From a virus, in the IMG/VR virus record IMGVR_UViG_3300020204_000005: a stretch of DNA of 64,000 nucleotides; one strand, given 5' to 3'. A program made the position numbers and the translations under genes. Below the pieces are notes generated by a model. It did no database searches and was not told the origin of the DNA. It saw only the letters and a list, made by a program, of their open reading frames with translations. Below, in pieces: positions 10,999 through 21,133 of the stretch; positions within the stretch are counted from its first letter, which is position 1, and each line of letters opens with the position of its first letter.

Positions 10999-11904
10999 AT
11001 GGCAACAGGAACTTACGGTACAATAAGACCAGCGGACGTTTCCCCCGAAGATGTTGAGATAATTTTAAATTATACCCCATCAAGAGATGAAACTAATAAT
11101 TTTGTATTAACTAAACTTGATGCGAAAACATTATTAAGACCTTATTTTAATAATGATAGTACTGGGGGTTCCTCAGTAGAAGTGTTAGGTGGTTTATATA
11201 ATTTAACATTACCTTCAGACCAATTTAATAAATTAGGGATTTATACTCTTTATATTAGACCTGCTCAAATCAGGACAACTATTTTGGATTGTGGGGTATT
11301 ATCATCATTACCTAATGTTAGAGGTTTAGTAATTGATTTAAATTCAGTACCTTCTGAATATAGAAATAAATTTATAAATCAAGGGTTAGTTGGATTTAGA
11401 ATTGAATATCTTAATACCGATGGGTCTAAGATACCTAATTTTTTTAGAATCATCACATCATCATTTTTTTGTGAACCCGTTGTTCAAAATTTAACCAACA
11501 CATCGCAAAAAGCTATAAGATATAGATACACCGAAAATAATACTAATTTAGTATTCTGTACTTTATCACCATCATCTGCACCAACAAACAAACCAAACGC
11601 AATACCTTTTATTGGACAACCAAATCAAAGTATTGTAATATCTAATACATTCTTCAATCCAATAACATTAGATGTTGAAGTTGCGGAACATGACTTCTCA
11701 ACGTTGGCAATTGCATTGTTTGGAAACCAAACTAAGTCTATCGATGACGGTATTTACACGATGTACGACACTCAAAATAACATCTATAGACAATACAATC
11801 TATATGAAATTAGAGACCAATTTAACGAGTTATTATTTGAGGTTAGACAAGATAGAGGTGATAATATTGATTTTAGTAAAAACTTTACAAATATAACACA
11901 ATAA
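10999..11904 (+). CDS. Putative structural protein (301 aa)
   Basis: Coupled ORF in structural operon. Confidence 0.55.
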   Translation: MATGTYGTIRPADVSPEDVEIILNYTPSRDETNNFVLTKLDAKTLLRPYFNNDSTGGSSVEVLGGLYNLTLPSDQFNKLGIYTLYIRPAQIRTTILDCGVLSSLPNVRGLVIDLNSVPSEYRNKFINQGLVGFRIEYLNTDGSKIPNFFRIITSSFFCEPVVQNLTNTSQKAIRYRYTENNTNLVFCTLSPSSAPTNKPNAIPFIGQPNQSIVISNTFFNPITLDVEVAEHDFSTLAIALFGNQTKSIDDGIYTMYDTQNNIYRQYNLYEIRDQFNELLFEVRQDRGDNIDFSKNFTNITQ

Positions 11905-14900
11905 TGGCGATTAAAAAATATACTTGCCCTCCACAATCCGCAACAGGGGCGGGAACTTTTTCAGATGACTTAGTTGGATTACAATTAGTTGCTGGAGGAG
12001 GTTTAACGCAAGGAAATTTTGAATTCGTTACGTCAACGTCTGAAAAGACTAATAGGAATTTTATTACAGGTGTTTTTTCTGACCCTATCAATTTAGAATC
12101 GATAGGTATTAATAGTATTGAACAATCTAAAACTATTTTAGAAAAAAACTTTAAAGTCTATCCAAATTTTGATTTAACCCAAGTTAATAATTTTACACTA
12201 TATGGGTCAATGGTCAAAAGAATGTCGGCATCCGCAACTAAAATTATTAGTTTTTTCCCCGCAGCTATCGAATCGACCTTCATGGGTATAAATTATATTA
12301 CAGGAGTAACCGCAAATAATATAGTTTATAGTGAATTAAATGACTCAACAACATTTGATTTAGATATTGCAAGATTAAGAAATCCATTCGATGTTGATTT
12401 TACCAATAACTCAACAAGAAATTTAGAACTTAAAGAAATACAAGTTTCTCCTTTAAGAGATATGAAAATACAATACGCTAAGTATTCTTTATTTTTTAAT
12501 GATGGTGAATATAAAGTTATAAATATAGTACCGACAGATAGTTTAAGTAATGGTATTTTAACATTAACTGTTAGTGGAGACCCTTTTTCAGGTGAAACTG
12601 TTGTTTTTGATAATTTAGTTATACGTCCTAATGACCTTGAAGTTAATAGTGTTTTTAAAGAAGTTTTTGATGAGGTTGAACAGTTCTTATTAAATAGGAA
12701 TGTTAGCCCAAAGTATACATCAACATTTAATATACCAAGAGAAGCTGAAGATGGTAGTTATTATATTGAATCACTTAATCTTACATGGCCATTATATGGT
12801 ACATGGAATATCGATATTTTAACAAAGGCTTTTGAAAGTTACATTATATCGTTAAATGATGTTAGTGAATCTTTTGACGGATATAAAACAAATTTAATTT
12901 CTAGGTTTTTAACAACAGGTGCATTTAAAGAGTTTGATACGATAGGTCAAAAAATGGAAAAAGTTCTACAAATTTATGGTAGAAGTTTTGACGAAACTAA
13001 AAAATATATAACCGCATTGTCATTTATGACATCGGTTAATTATAATGTTGGTAATGATATACCATCACAATTATTAAAAAATTTAGCACAAACTTTAGGT
13101 TGGACAACTAATATGTCCCCAATTTCTAACGAAGAGTTGTTGTCATCAGTTTTTGGAAAAACAAAACAAGATAAAAGTAACTTTACAGGAATATCTCAAC
13201 CACAAACACCCGATGAATTAAATTACCAATACTTTAGAAATTTAATTTTAAATTCCGCATTTTTATTTAAGTCTAAAGGAACTAGGAAATCAATTGAAAT
13301 ATTATTAAGACTTATTGGAGCTCCAGAAGCATTAATTGAATTTAATGAATATGTTTATTTAGCGGACCAAAAAATAAATTTATCTCAATTTAATGAACAA
13401 TATATACAAATATCTGGAGGTACTTACATCGAATTTACCCCAATATTAGACCCAACAGACATCTATTCAATTTTTGGAAATCAATACACAGGGTTTACGA
13501 CAAGCGCAACTATAAAAGATGTGAATGTAAGTTTAGATGATTACCCGATGGACGAATTCGGGTACCCATATTCACCTCCAGATACCGAAGATTACTTTTT
13601 CCAAAAAGGTAGTGGATGGTTTGAACAAACACCACAACATAGGGCACCTGAAGAAGTTAACCTAACTAATAGTGTGTTTGTGGGAAATAACCCAAATTAT
13701 CAAACAATGTTATTACCGTATTCATATGGACAAGAATATTTAAATAGATTTAGAAAATTCCCATTTATGAATTTAGGGTATCAATTAACACCTACAATTG
13801 ATAATAATAAAAGTTGGGTGGATAATGAAGTTGGTATTAGAACTAATCTTGATGGTAATTTTAATGCTAGATATTTTGTAGAAGATGATAGATTAGTACT
13901 AAATGTTAAGAATGTTGATTTATTTTTAAATCCTGCTCAAGGGTTGGTTTATGATGTATGGGTAATGTCTAGAGAATTTAACTACCCAATACCAAATCAA
14001 GGATTAAATTATATCCCACCAACATACTGTGACCCTAAACCATATAGTCCGTACCCTGGAAGAGGAGGTGTTGATTGGACGGAAATTGTACCATTACCAA
14101 AAAGAAAAACATTTTTTGAATTCGCTCAAACTTTTTGGTATAATATGATTAATGTGAGAAATCGACAATATGCCACAAACGGAAAAACAGGAGGTTACCC
14201 AACACTCGATTCAATATATTGGAAGTATTTAGAATCTCAACAAACTATCAATATTCCAAACGATAATTTTACATACAAAACAATGATGGATTATGTGAAT
14301 GGATTGGGGGATTATTGGATTAGGTTAGTTGAGCAAATGATACCTGCAACAACTATTTGGAATACGGGTGTTAAATTAGAGAATTCTATATTCCATAGAC
14401 AAAAATTTGTTTGGAGAAGACAAGAAGGGTGTCAATTAATACCTATACCATGTAAACCATGTTCATTAATAAATAACATATTTACATATGACTGCCCAAT
14501 CGAAAGTGTAGAATGTGCAATATATCCTTGGGTTAACAACCCACAAATTCAAACTTTAAATGCGGTTTTAGGAAATGTTTTAAATTCGTATTTAACTACT
14601 AATGGTTATACATTAAATGATTGTGATTTTAATGGTATGACAACTAAATGGTTTGTTGATATTAGAGTTGACGATACCGTGGTTGTAAGTTATCCATTCT
14701 TTAGTGGTGTTGGTTATAGTAGCCCATCATATAGTTCACCAACTGTTGACATGTGGGATGATGCGTTAAGTAACGCTTTGGATTCTTTAAAAGATTATGG
14801 ATTTGATTATTATTTAACAAATGAAGATACGGTTGTTGTTTATAATCAAGTATGTTCAGTTTCTGAACAAGGTATCAATTTTAAATTGAATATAGGGATA

Positions 14901-14924
14901 AACTTTGAAATATTATGTAATTAA
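11904..14924 (+). CDS. Baseplate/tail protein (1006 aa) with gp7/tail-P2-I-like central domain
   Basis: DIPSQLLKNLAQTLGW ... LFKSKGTRKSIEILLRLIG resembles the tail protein I / gp7 KGT motif. Confidence 0.6.
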   Translation: MAIKKYTCPPQSATGAGTFSDDLVGLQLVAGGGLTQGNFEFVTSTSEKTNRNFITGVFSDPINLESIGINSIEQSKTILEKNFKVYPNFDLTQVNNFTLYGSMVKRMSASATKIISFFPAAIESTFMGINYITGVTANNIVYSELNDSTTFDLDIARLRNPFDVDFTNNSTRNLELKEIQVSPLRDMKIQYAKYSLFFNDGEYKVINIVPTDSLSNGILTLTVSGDPFSGETVVFDNLVIRPNDLEVNSVFKEVFDEVEQFLLNRNVSPKYTSTFNIPREAEDGSYYIESLNLTWPLYGTWNIDILTKAFESYIISLNDVSESFDGYKTNLISRFLTTGAFKEFDTIGQKMEKVLQIYGRSFDETKKYITALSFMTSVNYNVGNDIPSQLLKNLAQTLGWTTNMSPISNEELLSSVFGKTKQDKSNFTGISQPQTPDELNYQYFRNLILNSAFLFKSKGTRKSIEILLRLIGAPEALIEFNEYVYLADQKINLSQFNEQYIQISGGTYIEFTPILDPTDIYSIFGNQYTGFTTSATIKDVNVSLDDYPMDEFGYPYSPPDTEDYFFQKGSGWFEQTPQHRAPEEVNLTNSVFVGNNPNYQTMLLPYSYGQEYLNRFRKFPFMNLGYQLTPTIDNNKSWVDNEVGIRTNLDGNFNARYFVEDDRLVLNVKNVDLFLNPAQGLVYDVWVMSREFNYPIPNQGLNYIPPTYCDPKPYSPYPGRGGVDWTEIVPLPKRKTFFEFAQTFWYNMINVRNRQYATNGKTGGYPTLDSIYWKYLESQQTINIPNDNFTYKTMMDYVNGLGDYWIRLVEQMIPATTIWNTGVKLENSIFHRQKFVWRRQEGCQLIPIPCKPCSLINNIFTYDCPIESVECAIYPWVNNPQIQTLNAVLGNVLNSYLTTNGYTLNDCDFNGMTTKWFVDIRVDDTVVVSYPFFSGVGYSSPSYSSPTVDMWDDALSNALDSLKDYGFDYYLTNEDTVVVYNQVCSVSEQGINFKLNIGINFEILCN

Positions 14925-17851
14925 TGTGTGATTTAAATGTATCTATTGCGGGTATAACAGGTGATTGTTTTAATACTGATTCAGGTGCTTTTACAATATC
15001 TATTAACGGTACGGCACCTGACTATACAGTTGATTGGATAAACCCTCCTTATGGAACAATTCCATTAGGACCTGGAGTTGTTGGATACACTATAGATAAT
15101 TTATCTGCAGGTACCTATACATTTGACATAATAGACAGTTGTTTACCCGATAATAATTACCAAACAATTAATGTTAATGTTTCATCAGGGACTTGTGTGA
15201 GTTTAACAGGTGTTGAGAACACAAGTTGTGGTTTAAATAATGGTAGTTTAACCGCAACAACAACAACACAGTATAACACCGCAAAATTCTATCTTTATGA
15301 TACGACTATTGGATATATAACATCCGCAACATCATTAAATAATTTTTATGTGTTTGACAATTTAGGTGCAGGAACATATTATGTTGTTGGAGATGACGGG
15401 GGCGGTTGTACAGGTAAATCAGAAACTTGTATAATAATGAATTCAAATGAACTTAGTGTTGGTTTATTCATAGTTAACGCTTCATCTTGTGCGCCAAATA
15501 CAGGAGCTATTTATGTTACAGGAGTTACAGGTACACCACCATATACTTATTCATGGAGCCCTGGAGGGCAAACTACCAATTCAATAACAGGACTAACAGT
15601 AGGTAATTACATTTTAACTGTTACAGACTCTGAAGGATGTATACAAAGTTCGGGAATTACAATTACCGCAAAACCACCTGTTGGTTTGGTCGATATTTCA
15701 TTTGTTAACCCTACTTGTTTTGCTTCTGATGGTGAAGTTAGTTTAATAGTTTCAGGAGGAACCGCACCATTCCAATATGTAGGGTCGAATGGACACATTG
15801 ATACTACATTTAGTAACACTAATACATTTTATAATATTCCTGCGGGACCATTTACAGTAGTAGTTAAAGATGCGGGTAATTGTAGTTTTACTGCAACGAC
15901 TACATTGTTAACACCTGGAGGGTTAAATGTCACATCAGTTAATGTAACCAATTCAACATGCAGTGGGAATGGAGGTAAAATTGATGTTAATATTTTTGGA
16001 GGTTCGCCACCATATACATATACTTTAACGGACTCATTAAGTAATAATACAGTGGTAAACGGGAATTTTACTAGTTGGTCTTTTAATGGTCTTTCTTCAG
16101 GTAGTTATATTTTAACAATTTCAGATTCAGGACCTTGCGATTTTGTGGGTACATATATAGTTAATAATAATGAATTATTTGAATTAACAGTTGAAACAAC
16201 AGGTACGACATGTAATCAAGAAGATGGTTCGGTATTACTATCAATTACCCCAGGAGGTACCCCACCATTCCACTATGAAATTGATGGTTATTCAGACTTC
16301 TCAAATAATTTAGAATTTTTATATGAAAATCTACCAAGTGGTAACTATGTTGCAACAGTTACCGATGCTAATTATTGCCAACAAGAATTACCATTTACAA
16401 TTGTAGGCTCAAGTACCGTAGATTTTCTTTTAATTGGTACTGATTCATTAAATGGTAGTAATGGAACCATAAGCGCATTAATTACAAATGGTACACCACC
16501 ATTTACATTAACTTGGAGTCCAAATGTTAACGGTCAAACGGGTACTGAAATCGACACTCTTAGTGCTGGAACATATACTTTAACTGTTGTTGATAATAAT
16601 GGATGTAGTAAAACAAGAACAATTACAATAAATGGGTTTAATAAATTATCTTCATATCAAGTTTATAATATTTGTGATGAAGACTTTTTTAACACAGGTC
16701 AAACAGGTAGGAAAGGACCTCAAGAAATGTTAACTGAAGGATTCCATGATTTAACAAGTGGAGACACTAACTGTATTTTAAATAGAGCTATTTTCACAGT
16801 AAAAACAATTATTAATGGGGATTTAAAAGAACAATCATTTTATACAGGGGCAACACTATCAGATTTCCCATCAGATAATGAATTTTATGATGTTGTGGAA
16901 AGTTTACTTTTAACTTATAATATCATTGGTGAAATTGTGATTGACGCGGTTAAAAATACATTAACAATTGAAAGCGTATGTGACGTAACAATCGAAACTT
17001 TAGACGCAACTGTTAAAGTTGAGTTGGACATATCTTATGATATTAGTTGTGAAACTTGTGAAACTCAAACACCAACACCAACACCTACAGCAACGCCTAC
17101 ACCTACTCCGACGCCAACAATATCAGTCTCAGCATGTACTGTAATTTACGTTGTTGAAAATAATGATATATACGCATATGACCTATCATCAAATGTTAGT
17201 ACATTGTTACCGGTCCCGTCAAACGTTAGTAACGTTGATATTGCACACACGGATAGTAAATTATGGGTAAACAATAATTTTATGGTAAGGGAATGGGATA
17301 TAACATTAAGCCCATTTAGTGCAACATTCAATAGAGATATAACATTCCCATTTACAGTAGGTAATGGTTTAGGGGTCATCGATAATCAAACACTTATAAC
17401 AACAAATGAATCATCCCCTCAATCAGTTTATGAGATGGATATTACAACCACAACTGCGGTTGATACATTTAAATTTAACTTACCACCAACACATTTAGTT
17501 GCCGGAGATATAATGTTAACAACAACCAATAAACTTTTAGTTACCACCGCGGAAAGTCCAAACATATATCTATTACAATATGATTATTTAACGGGTGTTT
17601 TAGAGTTAACAATAACTCTAAACCCAACTGTTGGTGGTGGTCCTTGGGGTATCTTCGAGGAATTTGGTAATATTTATATCACCGATTCATTGGGGCGTAT
17701 CTATAATGTGGATACGTCAAGTCCGTATAACATTACTTTAATTAACTCCACAGGTAACTTAATATATGGAGCATCTCAATCACCAGTATGTTTAACGACT
17801 GATTTTACAACTCCAACCCCAACCCCAAGTATTACTCCTACCTTAACTTAA
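14924..17851 (+). CDS. SprB-repeat, Cys-rich putative tail fibre/adhesin with PT linkers and C-terminal beta-propeller-like domain
   Basis: Multiple G.I...GGTPPY.Y.W...GL..G.Y..TVTD..GC units; (TP)n tracts at 17069-17119 and 17807-17848. Confidence 0.7.
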   Translation: MCDLNVSIAGITGDCFNTDSGAFTISINGTAPDYTVDWINPPYGTIPLGPGVVGYTIDNLSAGTYTFDIIDSCLPDNNYQTINVNVSSGTCVSLTGVENTSCGLNNGSLTATTTTQYNTAKFYLYDTTIGYITSATSLNNFYVFDNLGAGTYYVVGDDGGGCTGKSETCIIMNSNELSVGLFIVNASSCAPNTGAIYVTGVTGTPPYTYSWSPGGQTTNSITGLTVGNYILTVTDSEGCIQSSGITITAKPPVGLVDISFVNPTCFASDGEVSLIVSGGTAPFQYVGSNGHIDTTFSNTNTFYNIPAGPFTVVVKDAGNCSFTATTTLLTPGGLNVTSVNVTNSTCSGNGGKIDVNIFGGSPPYTYTLTDSLSNNTVVNGNFTSWSFNGLSSGSYILTISDSGPCDFVGTYIVNNNELFELTVETTGTTCNQEDGSVLLSITPGGTPPFHYEIDGYSDFSNNLEFLYENLPSGNYVATVTDANYCQQELPFTIVGSSTVDFLLIGTDSLNGSNGTISALITNGTPPFTLTWSPNVNGQTGTEIDTLSAGTYTLTVVDNNGCSKTRTITINGFNKLSSYQVYNICDEDFFNTGQTGRKGPQEMLTEGFHDLTSGDTNCILNRAIFTVKTIINGDLKEQSFYTGATLSDFPSDNEFYDVVESLLLTYNIIGEIVIDAVKNTLTIESVCDVTIETLDATVKVELDISYDISCETCETQTPTPTPTATPTPTPTPTISVSACTVIYVVENNDIYAYDLSSNVSTLLPVPSNVSNVDIAHTDSKLWVNNNFMVREWDITLSPFSATFNRDITFPFTVGNGLGVIDNQTLITTNESSPQSVYEMDITTTTAVDTFKFNLPPTHLVAGDIMLTTTNKLLVTTAESPNIYLLQYDYLTGVLELTITLNPTVGGGPWGIFEEFGNIYITDSLGRIYNVDTSSPYNITLINSTGNLIYGASQSPVCLTTDFTTPTPTPSITPTLT

Positions 17852-17925
17852 ATGTATGGTGTTTCGGTAATCAAATATTAATCAGTAATACTACTAAATT
17901 TTTAGAATTAACTAATAGTTAAAAA

Positions 17926-17953
17926 AAAATATCGTCTAAAAAGACGATATTTT
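17926..17953. terminator. Bidirectional intrinsic terminator between convergent operons
   Basis: AAAATATCGTCT-AAAA-AGACGATATTTT, a perfect 12-bp inverted repeat. Confidence 0.75.
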
Positions 17954-17977
17954 AAATAATCGGTATTTTGAACGATA

Positions 17978-18577
17978 TTACCAAATTTTTTCCTGATTCA
18001 TATAACCTAATACACAACAGTACGCATCGGTCATATCAAAATTCTCTTTTTTTAACGTATTATTTTTAGTATAGACCCAAGTAATTTGAGGTTCTCGTTC
18101 TGCAACCAAATCCCATATAATTTGTTTTTTGTCACAATCTTTTGGGTACCCACCGAACAGTACAAATTTACCTTTATCATTTTGTTGAATTAAATTAGGA
18201 AAGGCAGATTTTCTAGAATTATAAGTCGAGACGTACTCAGGAATAATACCCAAAATATCGTATATTTCTTTAGTTATTAGGGTATTAAACCTCATTAAAG
18301 TCTGAATGGTATAAACATTATTACTATTCATTAAAGGTTCCTCAATCACAACTTTAGTTATACCTAAATTTTTATATTGAAGTAATTTACTTCTAAAAAT
18401 TTCACTTTTTAGAATTAATTCTTTAATTTTATTATCTTGTTTAGGTTTAGGTATAGGTGATACATGGGTTAATTCCAACAACTCTCTTGACTCGATGTCA
18501 AATAATGCCCAACCAATGGTTTTGGTCGACACGTCTAACCCCAATACTTTTGGAGTATTCTCGATAGATTTTTTCAT
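17978..18577 (-). CDS. ruvC: RuvC-like Holliday junction resolvase
   Basis: VLGLDVST..IGWA, VVIEEP and DMTDAY catalytic motifs; ATG at 18577 (track uses TTG 18589). Confidence 0.8.
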   Translation of the reverse strand: MKKSIENTPKVLGLDVSTKTIGWALFDIESRELLELTHVSPIPKPKQDNKIKELILKSEIFRSKLLQYKNLGITKVVIEEPLMNSNNVYTIQTLMRFNTLITKEIYDILGIIPEYVSTYNSRKSAFPNLIQQNDKGKFVLFGGYPKDCDKKQIIWDLVAEREPQITWVYTKNNTLKKENFDMTDAYCCVLGYMNQEKIW

Positions 18578-18578
18578 A

Positions 18579-21107
18579 TTAAATGTCAAATTTAATCAAA
18601 AACTGCTGAATACCTTGTCTTAAAACAGGGGACTGCATTTTTGATATAATCATAAGATTTTTGTTAGAATCGTAAAGTCCAATTTCAGTTAAATACGAAG
18701 GTTTACCTTGTACCCATGTTGGATTTGATGTTGCTTGAAATTCAGCCTGACTCAAATTTATCTTATATCTCATCTCATAAATTGTTGCTTGAATGTCAGT
18801 TTCTAATGAACCGTAGAAATAATATTCATCACCAAAATTTAATGATGTACCTGTATAACCAACGGGTGTTAATGGTATATAATTATTTAAGTTGTATGTT
18901 GGAGCGTCCTCATATAATTCATTTGTAATTACAAATGTCGTACTTGTTAACGATTCTTCAGTGATATAACCATTAACCATCATACTTGAGATTTGGTCTG
19001 TAAAATCAATTATCTTCCACTCAGAAGAGTTTGGTCTTCCTGTACCATCTACTTTTTGACAAATAATTTCAAATTTATCGGCGTAGAATCCTGATACAAC
19101 ATCACATCCCACAGGACAAGTTGTTGTTGTCGTAGTAAATGGGTCAAAAGTAGTCGTTGTCGTAGTAAATGGGTCAAACGTGGTAGTGGTTGTTGTTGGA
19201 CTATATTCAGGTCTCAAACAAGGGAACTCAGCACCAAATCTAACCGCCACATTTTGAGATGGTTGTGGGTTACAATCAATATTAGGGCCTTGCATTACTG
19301 TGTAATAGTTACAATGTAATGAGTTTGTAAATACTGAAGTATTACTTAGTCTATAAGTAACGTGCATATATTGTGTATTACCCGTTAAAACACCTGTTAA
19401 AGAATTACTATCATTACCACAAGTATTAGGTGTGACTAATGAAGTCTTAGGAGCGGGTAACGTCCAATTCCTATTTGATTTATAAGACATTGCCGCGATA
19501 ACTTCCTCATCGTCAATAATGACAAGTTTAGAATCAGGAAATACTTTACCAATTCTATTAGGTAAGTTATTTGTATTTCTATGAGTATCCCATAAATGAT
19601 AGTATCTAATACCTGGGGAATTCATATCACTATTTTTAGTTGATTGTAAGTACTCAACTTTAAATAAATCTAAATCCTCAAATTCAGGTGGGTCAACCCA
19701 AAAAGTTTCACCAAAACAACATTCAGGATTTTTATGCCACATCAACCAAGGAATGTGTAATTTAAAGTTTCTTGCTTGACCCGTAGTATCTGAAGGGTTT
19801 GACACATCAAACGGCTCAAACGCAAATTTTTCACCATAGAAGAAATCTATAGTTTGATTTGTATAATGAATAACCGCAATTGCTTTTTGTTCTTCAGGAG
19901 TTACGATTACTTTATCACCTAATGAATCATAATGGTACACTGAACTAGTGTTAGTTTGACCACTACTTGAAGCATAACCAAAGTATTCTTTAGTACCAAG
20001 ATATTGTCTTGAACCAAAGTTGGTATAATCTTTACTAATCGATGAGAAAAGACCTGCAGGGTTTTCAGACCAAGGAATATTCATATTCCAAACTTTAACA
20101 TCAAACTCATCAGTATAACAAACAGATTCATAGTTAATAACATTATCCCTCCAATGAGGACGAGGAGTTATCGAATCATACATGGTTTGCATATTTGGTG
20201 GATATACAATCATTCTTGCATAACAATCAGAAGATAAATTTGAAAAATCAGGTGTTGGTCTATCTAATGTAAATTCACCCAAACATATTGATGTTATTTT
20301 ATAAGTTAACATTGAATAACAACTACTAATAGGTGTTAAACAATCTGGCGGTGGTGGTGGGGGACAAGCTCTACTTGGGGTAGGTGTTGGACAGAATGTT
20401 GCAGATGGAGTTGGGGTAGGTGTAGGTGTCTCACAAGTAAATGACGCTGATGGGGTAGGTGATGGTGTTGGAGTTAGAGTATTATTACTTGCAGTTATAC
20501 TTGGAGTAACCGTCATTGTTGGAGTTGGAGATGGTGTTGGGACATTTGAACATGTATTATTATATAAACCATTACCATCATAAAATATCGTAACAATGTC
20601 ACCTACCGCAGGTTCTCTGAATGAAACACCATTAGAAACTAAAATTGGTGTTATAACATTGGTACCGTTTAAACTATTCATTCTTACTGAATAGTTTGCG
20701 TTGATAGCATATAAATCGTTAGTTATTGCACTCCATGAAGTAGTTTCGGCAGTTGTATTACCTGTGAAGAAACCTCTCATGGCGGCTCTGTTATAAACAG
20801 GACTAACTATTGAATCCATAAAAGGAACACCATATGTGTTGCCTGTAGAACCATCTACATAATATGGGTATTTAATATTTTCTTTATTTGATTGAGGAGA
20901 CCCGCTAGAATTTTGAGCATTGAAGTTTGGCTCAAGAATCGTGGTATCAAATTGATTATAGGACACTGGTAATGTGTTATACGAAACTTCACTATCACCT
21001 ATTTGAAAATAAGAAATATTAAAATTACCTTGTGATAATTTTTGTCTTCCTGTATCAGTTAATCTTGTATTAATTAACCCCGATGTATTTTTAATAATGT
21101 ATCCCAT
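18579..21107 (-). CDS. Tail-fibre attachment/collar-like structural protein with PT and T-rich linkers
   Basis: N-terminal LTDTGRQKL..G.FNISYFQIGDSE and C-terminal LTEIGLYD..KNLMIISK resemble tail-collar fibre domains; internal (PT)n and TTTTTTFDPF repeats. Confidence 0.65.
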   Translation of the reverse strand: MGYIIKNTSGLINTRLTDTGRQKLSQGNFNISYFQIGDSEVSYNTLPVSYNQFDTTILEPNFNAQNSSGSPQSNKENIKYPYYVDGSTGNTYGVPFMDSIVSPVYNRAAMRGFFTGNTTAETTSWSAITNDLYAINANYSVRMNSLNGTNVITPILVSNGVSFREPAVGDIVTIFYDGNGLYNNTCSNVPTPSPTPTMTVTPSITASNNTLTPTPSPTPSASFTCETPTPTPTPSATFCPTPTPSRACPPPPPPDCLTPISSCYSMLTYKITSICLGEFTLDRPTPDFSNLSSDCYARMIVYPPNMQTMYDSITPRPHWRDNVINYESVCYTDEFDVKVWNMNIPWSENPAGLFSSISKDYTNFGSRQYLGTKEYFGYASSSGQTNTSSVYHYDSLGDKVIVTPEEQKAIAVIHYTNQTIDFFYGEKFAFEPFDVSNPSDTTGQARNFKLHIPWLMWHKNPECCFGETFWVDPPEFEDLDLFKVEYLQSTKNSDMNSPGIRYYHLWDTHRNTNNLPNRIGKVFPDSKLVIIDDEEVIAAMSYKSNRNWTLPAPKTSLVTPNTCGNDSNSLTGVLTGNTQYMHVTYRLSNTSVFTNSLHCNYYTVMQGPNIDCNPQPSQNVAVRFGAEFPCLRPEYSPTTTTTTFDPFTTTTTTFDPFTTTTTTCPVGCDVVSGFYADKFEIICQKVDGTGRPNSSEWKIIDFTDQISSMMVNGYITEESLTSTTFVITNELYEDAPTYNLNNYIPLTPVGYTGTSLNFGDEYYFYGSLETDIQATIYEMRYKINLSQAEFQATSNPTWVQGKPSYLTEIGLYDSNKNLMIISKMQSPVLRQGIQQFLIKFDI
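19126..19178 (-). repeat. 30-bp-period tandem repeat encoding TTTTTTFDPF x2
   Basis: GTTGTCGTAGTAAATGGGTCAAA occurs at 19126 and 19156. Confidence 0.85.
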
Positions 21108-21133
21108 TGATTATAAATATTCTTATTTAATTT

